A stretch of 64,000 nucleotides of DNA from an uncultured Limnohabitans sp. (GTDB lineage: Bacteria > Bacteroidota > Bacteroidia > Cytophagales > Cyclobacteriaceae). The stretch covers positions 1,397 to 65,396 of the forward strand of contig CAZFSC010000004.1 of the NCBI GenBank assembly GCA_964521585.1, in the 5' to 3' direction. A model generated the notes under the pieces. The model was not told the DNA's origin. It ran no database searches and saw only the letters and a list, made by a program, of their open reading frames with translations. Each line of letters starts with the position of its first letter. The stretch's first letter is position 1. A program made the translations under genes and the position numbers. Positions 1 to 8,891 of this stretch are shown here, in pieces.

Positions 1-1
1 A

Positions 2-184
2 GGTTCCCAAGGTTTACCATTTCACGGCATCTTCTGGATATTAGACCAGGTGATGGTCGAATCCCTTTTATCCAAATCAAAAGCAATGAGTATTTTATCC
101 CAGATGCCAAAGGTAAATTCCTTGTATCAAGCGGTATTTATGAAAAAGGAGATTGAAAAAAGGGAAAGGATCTGGGGAGAATAA
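2..184 (+). CDS. C-terminal fragment of a probable PIN-domain protein (gene begins left of the window)
   Basis: Frame 2 is open from the window edge to TAA at 182-184: GSQGLPFHGIFWILDQVMVESLLSKSKAMSIL...KKEIEKRERIWGE. The HG.(L/F)W.LD motif and helical tail resemble C-termini of PIN/DUF3368-like toxins. Confidence 0.45.
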   Translation, partial: GSQGLPFHGIFWILDQVMVESLLSKSKAMSILSQMPKVNSLYQAVFMKKEIEKRERIWGE

Positions 185-232
185 ATACTCCATTCACTAA
201 TCTAAAAGCTCTAGTATTTTCCATTAAACACA

Positions 233-277
233 AAATAGCCCTCAGAATTAACTGAAGGCTATTTAGTAGCTCCCCCT
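233..277 (-). repeat. Degenerate copy of the tRNA-Asn 3' end plus its terminator hairpin (att-like scar)
   Basis: aaatagccctcagaattaactgaaggctatttagtagctccccct (233-277) parallels aaaagccttcagaattcaatctgaaggctttttaagctcctcct (3501-3544). Confidence 0.6.
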
Positions 278-436
278 GATAAATTTTTTCGAACCAATTA
301 CGGTATGATTTGGAGCAGTTAATTGAGATTGAAAGAATTATAAAAAGTTAATTGACATTAACGACAGGTACTTCTAAGATTATCAAAAATTCGATTTTGT
401 CTAATTTAGAATTGCCTTAAAAATGGGAGGCATTTA

Positions 437-475
437 TACGGGATCACCCAGTATTCACGATAATCTAACTACACC
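437..475. repeat. 39-bp direct repeat, left copy
   Basis: tacgggatcacccagtattcacgataatctaactacacc is identical to 3063-3101, and both copies continue into a similar aa-gggg-aa tail. Confidence 0.95.
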
Positions 476-522
476 AAAAAGGGGAAGCTTACAATTTGAC
501 AGACAAATACATATTGCTTGAC

Positions 523-627
523 TGTATTAAAGCTATACAAGTAAGTGTACCAAAATAGAACAGACTTTTAGAAACGGCTTTCTAAAATACTGATGTTTAA
601 TTAGTTGTGTTTTGGCTTCTGCTTTGT
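523..627 (+). promoter_or_regulatory. Putative sigma-54 promoter with tandem enhancer-like TGT-N11-ACA sites upstream of the permease
   Basis: TGTATTAAAGCTATACA (523-539), TGTACCAAAATAGAACA (546-562) and TGGCTT-N5-TTGT (613-627), which fits -24/-12 spacing. Confidence 0.5.
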
Positions 628-695
628 GAATAAAACTGAGAAAAATCCACTCTCAGTAATTGTCTTATTTTTCATTCAAAATCAACAGGTTAGGC

Positions 696-3029
696 ATGTT
701 AAAGAATAATCTAAAAATCGCCCTACGGATACTCTGGAAAAACAAACTTTTTTCATTAGTCAATATATTGAGCTTGTCACTGAGTATGGCGGTTGGTGTA
801 ATTCTTTTTACCGGCTTAAAAGCCACCTTTGACACAGATCATTTTCATCCAAAATTAAACCTAACTGTTCGGATACTTACTCAGGAAACATATGAGGGGG
901 AACAAACCAAATGGGCAACAGCACCATTGCCACTGGCAGCACAAATGGAAAATGCCTCCTCCGTTGAAAAGACTGTAAAAGTCCGTCAGGCTGGGAAATA
1001 CAACCTGCAAACCTACCGAGGCGATGTGCCCATTGATATAAAGTTTTCAGAGCCTTCCTTTTTTGATGTTTTTGGCTTCAAATTATTATCAGGCAATCCT
1101 CAAAGCCTTACCACCAATCCCTCTACCCTTTTTTTAACTGAAAAAGCAGCAGAGAAAATATTCGGAAACAGCAACGTTTTAGGACAAACCCTTCAATTTG
1201 AAAACTTAGGTTCTTATACCGTCGAAGGTATTATCCAGGACCCGCCTTTACAAACCCATCTCCCCATTGAGGCGATGCTATCTATCAATGCTGCTGAAAC
1301 GCTTGAAAAGACAGGAGCAATCCCTGATATTTCGCAGGATTGGGGAAACTTCAAGAGTTCAGCAATTTATGCAAGGTTGGAATCGGAAGACGATTTGCAG
1401 CAGTTTAACACAACGCTCCAAAACTATAAAAGGAAATTAGATAAGAGCAATATTGAATTTTTGGCACAACCCATTGAAGCCATTACCCCGGGAAACAAAG
1501 ACATTAAAAATAATTACAATGCGGGCACTGATTGGGAGGGCATACAGATACAGCTGTTTTTAATTTTTGCCTTAACTCTTTTAGCTGCTTTCAATTATAT
1601 CAGTTTGTCACTGGCGCGTGCCTTCTCCCGGGCGCAGGAAGTAGGTATTCGCAAAACGATAGGAGCAACAAGAGCACAAGTGATTGGCCAATTTTTAATG
1701 GAATCGATCCTTATCGCATTTTTTGCATTGTTGTTTACAGTGCCATGTGTTAATATTTTAAAGATCTATATACCCGATATGGATGATGTGATATTTTCTT
1801 GGGATCCCATCTTTATTTTAGGCTTGTTAACCTACGCAGTGATCACAGGCTTGGTGGCGGGGGCATTTCCTTCATGGCTTTTGTCAGCGTTTCAGCCCAT
1901 ACAGATTTTGCGGAAAATGAAGAATATAAAACTCTTCCGCGGTGTTGCGATTTACAAAGCGGTGATTGTCGTCCAGTTTTCAGTGACCATCATGCTAACG
2001 ATATTGGTAGTCATTGTAGCCGATTATGATCGCAAAAACAACGCGATCATCAGTTCGACTGTGCCATCCAATGTGCTGACACTGGATTTGAAAGGTGAGA
2101 AATATGAAAACCTGCAAAACGAAATAAATCAGTTAAGCCAAGTAGAAACTACTTTGGCTACTAACTGGTATTATGAACCGCTTAAAATGGGCAAGGATTC
2201 GGTAACTTTAAACGATAAGGTTTTGGAAATTAATTATGTAAGTATTGATCCTAGAACGATTGAAACAGAAGGTATCAGTTTAATATCAGGACAAAATTTC
2301 CCTTCAATTATGCCCCAAAGTATTGAGCAATATGTGTTGGTGAATGAAGCTGCCGCAAAATTGTTGGAACCTGAATCCGGGACTTTAGTGGGCCAGAATC
2401 TATTACTGGACTCTGCCAATGTACAGGTCATTGGCATCATGCCCAATGAATTTTTTGGTGAACAATTTCCCTTAATGTATCGGTATTTGCCAACTGAAAT
2501 AGCCACTCTTACCATCAAAATAAAGCCTGATACAGAATTGGAAGCGATAAAAGCTATACACTCCATATGGACAAATAATTTTCCTGAAAAAACAGCAAAC
2601 CTATATAACTTAAAAAAATACCGTTATTCAGGAGAAATCAGTGGCGAATTGGAAATGTTTGGAGGCGCTGCATTGATTGTTTTGATCATCGCTGCTTTGG
2701 GCATATTAGGCATAGCAAGTTACTCTGTAGAAACACGTACTAAAGAGCTGGGAATAAGAAAAGTGATGGGTGCCAATAATGTAAAATTGGTGTGGACAGC
2801 CACGCAAAATTTTGGAATTCTTATGCTAATTGCCGGGTTGATAGGTATTCCGTTAGGCTTGTTTTGCGGTGATTTACTAAGTGCAGAAATGGGCAGTCAT
2901 CTTGATTTGGGTTTCATAAATCTAAGCATAGGGTTTGGTTTGGTGGCCATTTTAGCGCTACTGGTAGTCTTATCCCAAACCATTCGGGCAGGACAGATTG
3001 AACCTGTAGAAGTTTTAAAAGCAGAGTAG
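696..3029 (+). CDS. ABC transporter permease, MacB/FtsX family (duplicated MacB_PCD + FtsX architecture)
   Basis: N-terminus MLKNNLKIALRILWKNKLFSLVNI; two FtsX motifs (RAQEVGIRKTIGA, RTKELGIRKVMGA); C-terminal EPVEVLKAE. ATG at 696 preferred over TTG at 660. Confidence 0.92.
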   Translation: MLKNNLKIALRILWKNKLFSLVNILSLSLSMAVGVILFTGLKATFDTDHFHPKLNLTVRILTQETYEGEQTKWATAPLPLAAQMENASSVEKTVKVRQAGKYNLQTYRGDVPIDIKFSEPSFFDVFGFKLLSGNPQSLTTNPSTLFLTEKAAEKIFGNSNVLGQTLQFENLGSYTVEGIIQDPPLQTHLPIEAMLSINAAETLEKTGAIPDISQDWGNFKSSAIYARLESEDDLQQFNTTLQNYKRKLDKSNIEFLAQPIEAITPGNKDIKNNYNAGTDWEGIQIQLFLIFALTLLAAFNYISLSLARAFSRAQEVGIRKTIGATRAQVIGQFLMESILIAFFALLFTVPCVNILKIYIPDMDDVIFSWDPIFILGLLTYAVITGLVAGAFPSWLLSAFQPIQILRKMKNIKLFRGVAIYKAVIVVQFSVTIMLTILVVIVADYDRKNNAIISSTVPSNVLTLDLKGEKYENLQNEINQLSQVETTLATNWYYEPLKMGKDSVTLNDKVLEINYVSIDPRTIETEGISLISGQNFPSIMPQSIEQYVLVNEAAAKLLEPESGTLVGQNLLLDSANVQVIGIMPNEFFGEQFPLMYRYLPTEIATLTIKIKPDTELEAIKAIHSIWTNNFPEKTANLYNLKKYRYSGEISGELEMFGGAALIVLIIAALGILGIASYSVETRTKELGIRKVMGANNVKLVWTATQNFGILMLIAGLIGIPLGLFCGDLLSAEMGSHLDLGFINLSIGFGLVAILALLVVLSQTIRAGQIEPVEVLKAE

Positions 3030-3062
3030 AAAAAGGTGGAGTCGAATTGCTCCCGACAGCTG

Positions 3063-3101
3063 TACGGGATCACCCAGTATTCACGATAATCTAACTACAC
3101 C
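3063..3101. repeat. 39-bp direct repeat, right copy
   Basis: Identical to 437-475; lies 33 nt after the permease stop codon. Confidence 0.95.
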
Positions 3102-3500
3102 CAAGGGGGAATTCCAATTGGCTTTTTCCTGGTCTTGCTGGCAATTGATTCTCTCTTCTTCAACAGGCCACACCGCCAGCACTGGGAGTGTGGACTTGCT
3201 ACATTTGATTGGAATTGATTATCCAACTGTGTTAGAGTTAGGTCTTACTCTTCTTTTTTTATGAAGGGGGAGGCGGAAGTTGTTTTAAATTTTCCTGATC
3301 TGGGTATAATACCGTCAGAAAGTTTTTAGGTTACTTCAAAAACTATTTAAAGATACCAAGGTTTTTCGGGGGTAGCAGAATTAAAGAGTTTACCTGCATT
3401 ATGTTCAAAAGCTTTCTGAAAGTATCCTCCGAGTGGTCAACATATCATCTTAATGGGTAAAGGGGAGGATGGTAGATAAATAGGTACGGTTTAAAATGCA

Positions 3501-3533
3501 AAAAGCCTTCAGAATTCAATCTGAAGGCTTTTT
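3501..3533 (-). terminator. Intrinsic terminator downstream of tRNA-Asn
   Basis: Inverted repeat aaaagccttcaga / tctgaaggctttt with A/T tracts on both sides. Confidence 0.8.
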
Positions 3534-3536
3534 AAG

Positions 3537-3610
3537 CTCCTCCTCAAGGACTTGAACCTTGGACCCTCTGATTAACAGTCAGATGCTCTAACCAACTGAG
3601 CTAAGGAGGA
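3537..3610 (-). tRNA. tRNA-Asn (GTT), CCA not encoded
   Basis: Reverse complement TCCTCCTTAGCTCAGTTGGTTAGAGCATCTGACTGTTAATCAGAGGGTCCAAGGTTCAAGTCCTTGAGGAGGAG folds as a cloverleaf with anticodon GTT and T-loop TTCAAGT. Confidence 0.97.
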
Positions 3611-3650
3611 ATTTTAATTGTAATCCGGAGCGTTTTCCGAATTGGTGATG

Positions 3651-3682
3651 CAAATGTAGGAGGCTAAGTCATTTATTCCAAA
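3651..3682 (-). promoter_or_regulatory. Bacteroidota primary-sigma promoter (-33 TTTG / -7 TAnnTTTG) for tRNA-Asn
   Basis: Minus-strand TTTG (3682-3679), 20-nt spacer, TACATTTG (3658-3651). Confidence 0.7.
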
Positions 3683-3742
3683 CCCGAATATTAAAAATCT
3701 TGGGTTTTATTCTATTCGAGCTTTTTTTTGATTCAAAATCAG

Positions 3743-4171
3743 TCACTTATTTTTTTGATCTTTCACACTGAATTTGCGGGTCATGCTTTTAATGAATTCA
3801 ATTTTGCGGAAACGCAGTGCCGACCAGTCCTCATCGATCGCAATCTGACGGACTCCTTCTAGCTCATGATCGCCTAATTCTCCCCAACCTGCATCCCGAT
3901 TGATGCTGGATTTGTATCTCTTACTGCTCTTTTTGGGGTAGCAGAGCCAGAGTTGTTCGTCGGCTTCAAGTAAAGGAAGCATCTGTTTGAGGATGTCACT
4001 CAACTCTTCCGGAGACTTGACAAAGCCCATCAGGAAATCCGGCTTCTTGTCGGCATCGATTATTCCTTCAGCCTGCCATTTGTCGAAGAGTGGCTGAAGT
4101 TCCGGTGGAGTATTCCAGACCTGAATATTCATTCCCTCTTTCCAGGTCATTTTCTTTAAGATCGGATCCAT
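3743..4171 (-). CDS. Conserved hypothetical protein (DUF3052-like)
   Basis: Motifs LWLCYPKKSSK, INRDAGW and VRQIAIDEDWSALRFR are typical of this small family. Confidence 0.75.
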   Translation of the reverse strand: MDPILKKMTWKEGMNIQVWNTPPELQPLFDKWQAEGIIDADKKPDFLMGFVKSPEELSDILKQMLPLLEADEQLWLCYPKKSSKRYKSSINRDAGWGELGDHELEGVRQIAIDEDWSALRFRKIEFIKSMTRKFSVKDQKNK

Positions 4172-4268
4172 AGTTTTTTGGCGTTTGGGATAAAAATAAG
4201 GATTGCGTATTTCATTCGGGCATCGATTGCTGGTTTTTCTGTAATTTCAGGACTCAATCTATTTTCTG

Positions 4269-5132
4269 ATGCGAATCTTACTTGTGCTGTTTTTTCTGCT
4301 TACGTCTTGGACTCTGGTATGGTCTCAGGTCTACGATTCTACTTTTTCCGGGCCTGTAGCAGTGAGGGAAATCAAGAAAGATAAGTTTGAGGAGCTCAGT
4401 GGAATCGCATTCAGCAGCCTGCATCCGGGGGTCTACTACGGGCACACCGATAGTGGAGGCGAAGCTGCCGTCTATATTTTTAATTCCGACGGGGAGGAAC
4501 TTGGCAGAATCGATTTGAAGGATACAAAAAACAGGGATTGGGAAGATATGGCCGTGGGGCCTGGACCAAACGGCAAATCCTACATTTACATCGGGGATAT
4601 CGGTGATAATGCCTCGGTGCATAAAGAGGTTTTTATTTACAGGATTCCTGAACCTGAGAAACTGCAGCCGGAATCTGAGGTAAAACCTGAAAAGATAGAA
4701 TTGACTTACCCAGGGGGAGCGAGGGATGCAGAAACTTTGATGGTGGACCCAGTATCCGCTGATATCTATATCGTCTCGAAGCGGGATAAGAAAAATAATA
4801 TTTATTGCCTTCCTGCTGCGCGATTTGACGATCAGGAAGCTGAGTTGGAGAAAGTAGGAGAACTGCCTTTTACCAGTGCTGTAGCGGGGGATATCTCTGC
4901 AGACGGAAATCAGATCCTGATCAAAAGCTATCTAAACGTATATTATTGGATCAAGAAACCCGGAGAATCCATTTTGCAGGCGCTTTTGAGAGAGCCTGTC
5001 CTGTTGAACTACAATCCGGAACCCCAAGGTGAGGCGATCGGATTTCAGCCCGATGGGAAAGCCTACTTTACGATCAGTGAAAAGCGGTTTGATATCAATC
5101 CCGTATTATACCGCTATGATAAAACGAATTAG
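4269..5132 (+). CDS. Exported hypothetical protein, probable beta-propeller
   Basis: Signal peptide; ELSGIA, TDSGG, DWEDMA, GDIGDN, DAETL and QGEAIGF blade-like motifs. Confidence 0.75.
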   Translation: MRILLVLFFLLTSWTLVWSQVYDSTFSGPVAVREIKKDKFEELSGIAFSSLHPGVYYGHTDSGGEAAVYIFNSDGEELGRIDLKDTKNRDWEDMAVGPGPNGKSYIYIGDIGDNASVHKEVFIYRIPEPEKLQPESEVKPEKIELTYPGGARDAETLMVDPVSADIYIVSKRDKKNNIYCLPAARFDDQEAELEKVGELPFTSAVAGDISADGNQILIKSYLNVYYWIKKPGESILQALLREPVLLNYNPEPQGEAIGFQPDGKAYFTISEKRFDINPVLYRYDKTN

Positions 5133-5133
5133 C

Positions 5134-6066
5134 ATGCAGACCAGCTCACATATTTTAATGGTCCGACCGGCCAATTTTGGATTCAATCCGGAAACAGCGC
5201 AAAGCAACTTTTATCAGCAACAGGATGATCGGAGCTCCCGCGATATCCGGGATTTGGCGAAGTCGGAATTTGATGGATTTGTTGCCTTGCTTCGGGATCA
5301 GGGTGTACAGGTCATCGTGATTGAGGATACGGAAGTTCCGGTAAAAACCGATGCTGTTTTCCCCAACAATTGGTTTAGCACCCATGCGGACGGGAAATTG
5401 ATTCTATATCCCATGTATTCTCCAAATCGTCGTTTGGAACGAAGAACAGACCTGATTGAGGAATTGATCCGGCTTGATTTTCAGGTTGGTGATATTGTTG
5501 ATTTGAGTTTTTTTGAAAAGGATAAACAATACCTGGAAGGAACGGGAAGCATGGTGATGGATCATTCGGCCAAAATAATCTATGCGGGATATTCGGAGCG
5601 CACCCATAAGCTGCCGCTGGAGTATGTAGGTAAATTACTGGGTTACGAAATAGTGGGGTTCCACGCAGTGCAGGAAATTGAAGGAAAGCAGACTCCGATT
5701 TATCATACCAATGTCATGATGCATGTGGGGACTGATCTGGCTGTAGTATGTCTGGATAGCATTCCCAGGGCCAGTGAAAAATTAAAAGTCCAGAAAAAAC
5801 TGATCGAATCAGGAAAAAAGATTGTGCCGATTCTGGCCAAACAGAAATTTAACTTTGCCGGCAATATGCTGGAAGTCAGCAACGATGGCGGAGAAAAATT
5901 CACCGTCATGTCTCAGACGGCTTATGATTCACTCAATGTGGGGCAGATTCAATTGATCGAGAAATATACCACCATCATCAGCCCGAGTATTCCCACCATC
6001 GAGAAACTGGGTGGCGGTAGTGCCAGGTGTATGATGGCCGAGATTTTTTTGCCGAAGGGGAAATAA
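5134..6066 (+). CDS. ctlX: Amidinotransferase/pentein family protein (citrulline utilization hydrolase CtlX-like)
   Basis: ILMVRPANFGFN, DAVFPNNWFS, LEGTGS, IYHTNVMM and GGGSARCM (catalytic Cys). ATG at 5134 follows the upstream stop. Confidence 0.8.
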   Translation: MQTSSHILMVRPANFGFNPETAQSNFYQQQDDRSSRDIRDLAKSEFDGFVALLRDQGVQVIVIEDTEVPVKTDAVFPNNWFSTHADGKLILYPMYSPNRRLERRTDLIEELIRLDFQVGDIVDLSFFEKDKQYLEGTGSMVMDHSAKIIYAGYSERTHKLPLEYVGKLLGYEIVGFHAVQEIEGKQTPIYHTNVMMHVGTDLAVVCLDSIPRASEKLKVQKKLIESGKKIVPILAKQKFNFAGNMLEVSNDGGEKFTVMSQTAYDSLNVGQIQLIEKYTTIISPSIPTIEKLGGGSARCMMAEIFLPKGK

Positions 6067-6091
6067 AAAAAGGGCGAAATTACTTCGCCCT
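6065..6091 (-). terminator. Terminator between convergent ctlX-like gene and purB
   Basis: agggcgaa/ttcgccct hairpin preceded by an A-tract. Confidence 0.7.
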
Positions 6092-6118
6092 CAAAAATGA
6101 AAGTAGTTTAACTGATCC

Positions 6119-7462
6119 TCAAATTCCTGTATAGTTCCAAGGGGTGATCTTACGAAGTTCTTCTTTGATCTCATCTGTGACTGCCAATCCGGAGATAAAT
6201 TCAGCGATGGAGTCTGCGGTTATTTTGGTATTGGTTCTCGTCAGATCTTTTAGGGCTTCGTAAGGTTTGGGATAAGCTTCCCGGCGCAAAATCGTTTGGA
6301 TCGCCTCAGCGACTACTGCCCAATTGTCCTCCAGATCTGCATGAATAGCTGCCTCATTCAATTCCAACTTACCAAGTCCTTTTTTCAACGACTCCAATGA
6401 AATCAGCATATGTCCGAGCGGAACACCTATAATTCGCAATACGGTGCTATCCGTCAAATCCCGCTGCAATCTCGAAATTGGAAGTTTGGCAGCCAAATGC
6501 TCCAGTAAAGCATTCGCAATTCCCAAGTTTCCTTCTGCATTTTCAAAATCAATAGGATTGACCTTATGTGGCATGGCAGAAGACCCGATTTCTCCTTCCT
6601 TGATTTTCTGCTTGAAATAATTCATCGCCACATACTGCCAGACATCTTTTGACAGATCGAGTAAAATCGTGTTGATACGCTTCAATCCATCAAATATGGC
6701 AGCCAAATGATCGTAATGTTCAATTTGGGTAGTGGGATAGCTGCGCTCTAGGCCGAGGTATTTGTCCACGAAGTTAAAGGCAAAACTATTCCAATCAATG
6801 CTTGGATAAGCCACATGATGGGCATTCATATTGCCGGTAGCGCCTCCAAATTTGGTAGAATATGGAACCTGCTCCAGCAGTTGAATTTGATTCTTTAACC
6901 GCACCACAAAAACCTGGATTTCTTTGCCCAGACGGGTGGGAGAAGCTGGCTGTCCATGCGTTTTGGCCAGCATTGGGATAGCTTTCCAATCATCCGATAA
7001 TCCCTGTAAAGTCTTTATGACCTCCTCCAAAACCGGGTAAATCTCCTCCTCCAGGCCTTTTTTCAACATGAGCGGAGTGGCTGTGTTGTTGATATCCTGT
7101 GAGGTCAGGCCGAAATGGATAAATTCTTTAAAAGCTTCCAATCCAAGGGAATCAAATTTCTCTTTCAGAAAATATTCCACCGCCTTCACATCGTGGTTGG
7201 TGACTTTCTCGGTGTTTTTGATCTGGGTAGCATCTTCCAGTGAAAAATCCGAAACCCATGACCGCAGTTTCGGAAAAAGTGAATGATCAAAATTTTTGAG
7301 TTGCGGCAGAGGGAGCTCACAGAGCGCGATAAAATACTCCACCTCCACGTGGACACGGTATTTGATCAGGGCAAACTCAGAAAAATAAGCACGAAGTGGT
7401 GCTGTTTTGCCGGCGTATCGACCATCTACAGAGCTTACTGCGGTCAAAGCATTTAATTCCAT
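6119..7462 (-). CDS. purB: Adenylosuccinate lyase
   Basis: DGRY, TNHDVKAVEY, HFGLTSQD, SSAMPHKVNPIDFENAEGN signature and SRLQRDLTDS. Confidence 0.97.
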   Translation of the reverse strand: MELNALTAVSSVDGRYAGKTAPLRAYFSEFALIKYRVHVEVEYFIALCELPLPQLKNFDHSLFPKLRSWVSDFSLEDATQIKNTEKVTNHDVKAVEYFLKEKFDSLGLEAFKEFIHFGLTSQDINNTATPLMLKKGLEEEIYPVLEEVIKTLQGLSDDWKAIPMLAKTHGQPASPTRLGKEIQVFVVRLKNQIQLLEQVPYSTKFGGATGNMNAHHVAYPSIDWNSFAFNFVDKYLGLERSYPTTQIEHYDHLAAIFDGLKRINTILLDLSKDVWQYVAMNYFKQKIKEGEIGSSAMPHKVNPIDFENAEGNLGIANALLEHLAAKLPISRLQRDLTDSTVLRIIGVPLGHMLISLESLKKGLGKLELNEAAIHADLEDNWAVVAEAIQTILRREAYPKPYEALKDLTRTNTKITADSIAEFISGLAVTDEIKEELRKITPWNYTGI

Positions 7463-7680
7463 CAAATTGATTTCATTGGTTACAGGGAAGCAAAGTTAAT
7501 TTTTTGAGGCTAATACTTGGGCTTAAATTGTCTAAATCCTGTCTTTAAAATGAAAAAGTGCGAACCACCTTCGCCTCTGATCGGTTAACATTTTCAAATA
7601 ACCGAATCTAAGACTGATTATTTCGAGTCAAGGGTTAATTTTGCAAGCGATTTAAAGAAAAGATAAAGCTCAGATCCCGA

Positions 7681-8781
7681 ATGTTTAATTTATTCAAGAA
7701 AAAGAAAGAGGAGGTAAAGACCAATTCCTATTTGCCCCTGAAAGTGAGAGAGGTAATTAAAGAAACAGACGACACAGTCACCCTGTATTTTGAGCAACCA
7801 GAACCATTTTTGGAATATAAGCCAGGCCAGTTCCTGACACTGATCCTCGAATTTGATGGCAAAGAGCAACGAAGGTCTTACAGTCTTTGTACCTCGCCGT
7901 ATGTAGACCCTTTCCCGGGAATCTCCGTGAAGCGTGTGGAGGGAGGATTGTTTTCAAATTACCTGAATGAGAAAATTTTCCCGGGTAAAACCATCAATAC
8001 GCTCGCTCCCATGGGGCATTTTACTGCTGATTTTCATTCCAAAAACCAGCGGCATTTTTTCTTGATTGCAGGAGGTAGCGGAATTACGCCCATCATCGGA
8101 ATATTGAAATCCGCTCTCATCAACGAACCGAAATCCAAAGTCACACTCCTGTATTGCAGCAGAAATGAGTCTCAAATCATCTTCAGGTCTGAGTTGGAAA
8201 AACTGGCGGCTGCAAATCCTGATCGACTCCAAATCATCCATAACCTAAGTCAGCCTTCAGCAGAATGGTCCGGACTGAAAGGAAGATTGAGCAAGGAAAC
8301 CATTCTGGAGCATGTGCAAAGGGCTGAGCAGGATTCCAATTTCTCTAAAGAGTATTTCGTCTGTGGACCAGAAGGAATCATGGATTCTTCCCTGGAAGTA
8401 TTGGCTGAACTAGGAGTGTCCAAAGAAATCATCCATCGGGAAAGCTTCTTCTCCGCTGCTGCTCAAAAAGCGCATGAAGCTGCAGTAAACGGTCAGGCGG
8501 GTGGATTGACTCGGGAAGTGACCATCGAACTGGAAGGAGAGGAGCATCTTATTACTGTCTCGCCGGAGAAGACGATTCTGGAATCCGGACTGGCTCAGGA
8601 TCTGAACATGCCCTATAGCTGTCAGAGTGGTCTTTGCACAGCCTGCCGTGGAAAACTGCTGAGCGGTGAAGTCAAGATGGATGAGGATGCCGGATTGAGC
8701 GAAAAGGAAATTGCCGCCGGCTATGTGCTCTGCTGTGTGTCCAGACCGATCAGCAGCGACGTGAAGGTGCGGATCGAATAG
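7681..8781 (+). CDS. Ferredoxin-NAD(P) reductase family oxidoreductase with C-terminal 2Fe-2S domain (PaaE-like)
   Basis: RRSYSL FAD motif, AGGSGITP, FVCGP and YSCQSGLCTAC...LCC ferredoxin motif; TAATTTTG -7 element at 7636-7643. Confidence 0.9.
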   Translation: MFNLFKKKKEEVKTNSYLPLKVREVIKETDDTVTLYFEQPEPFLEYKPGQFLTLILEFDGKEQRRSYSLCTSPYVDPFPGISVKRVEGGLFSNYLNEKIFPGKTINTLAPMGHFTADFHSKNQRHFFLIAGGSGITPIIGILKSALINEPKSKVTLLYCSRNESQIIFRSELEKLAAANPDRLQIIHNLSQPSAEWSGLKGRLSKETILEHVQRAEQDSNFSKEYFVCGPEGIMDSSLEVLAELGVSKEIIHRESFFSAAAQKAHEAAVNGQAGGLTREVTIELEGEEHLITVSPEKTILESGLAQDLNMPYSCQSGLCTACRGKLLSGEVKMDEDAGLSEKEIAAGYVLCCVSRPISSDVKVRIE

Positions 8782-8891
8782 TCTCTGCATACAGTCAAGT
8801 CATTCGCAGCGAAGCATTAAGTCTGATTGTGCCAGAAAAATGCCAATTGCAATTAGGGTTCAGCCCATCAAAGGAATCAAACAAATAAACA

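Noticed and set aside
437-475. 39-bp repeat as a CRISPR repeat or dif site
   Set aside because: Only two copies, 2.6 kb apart, with no spacers or cas genes. The reverse complement has a vague XerD-like arm (ttatcgtgaat) but no matching XerC arm at 6-bp spacing.
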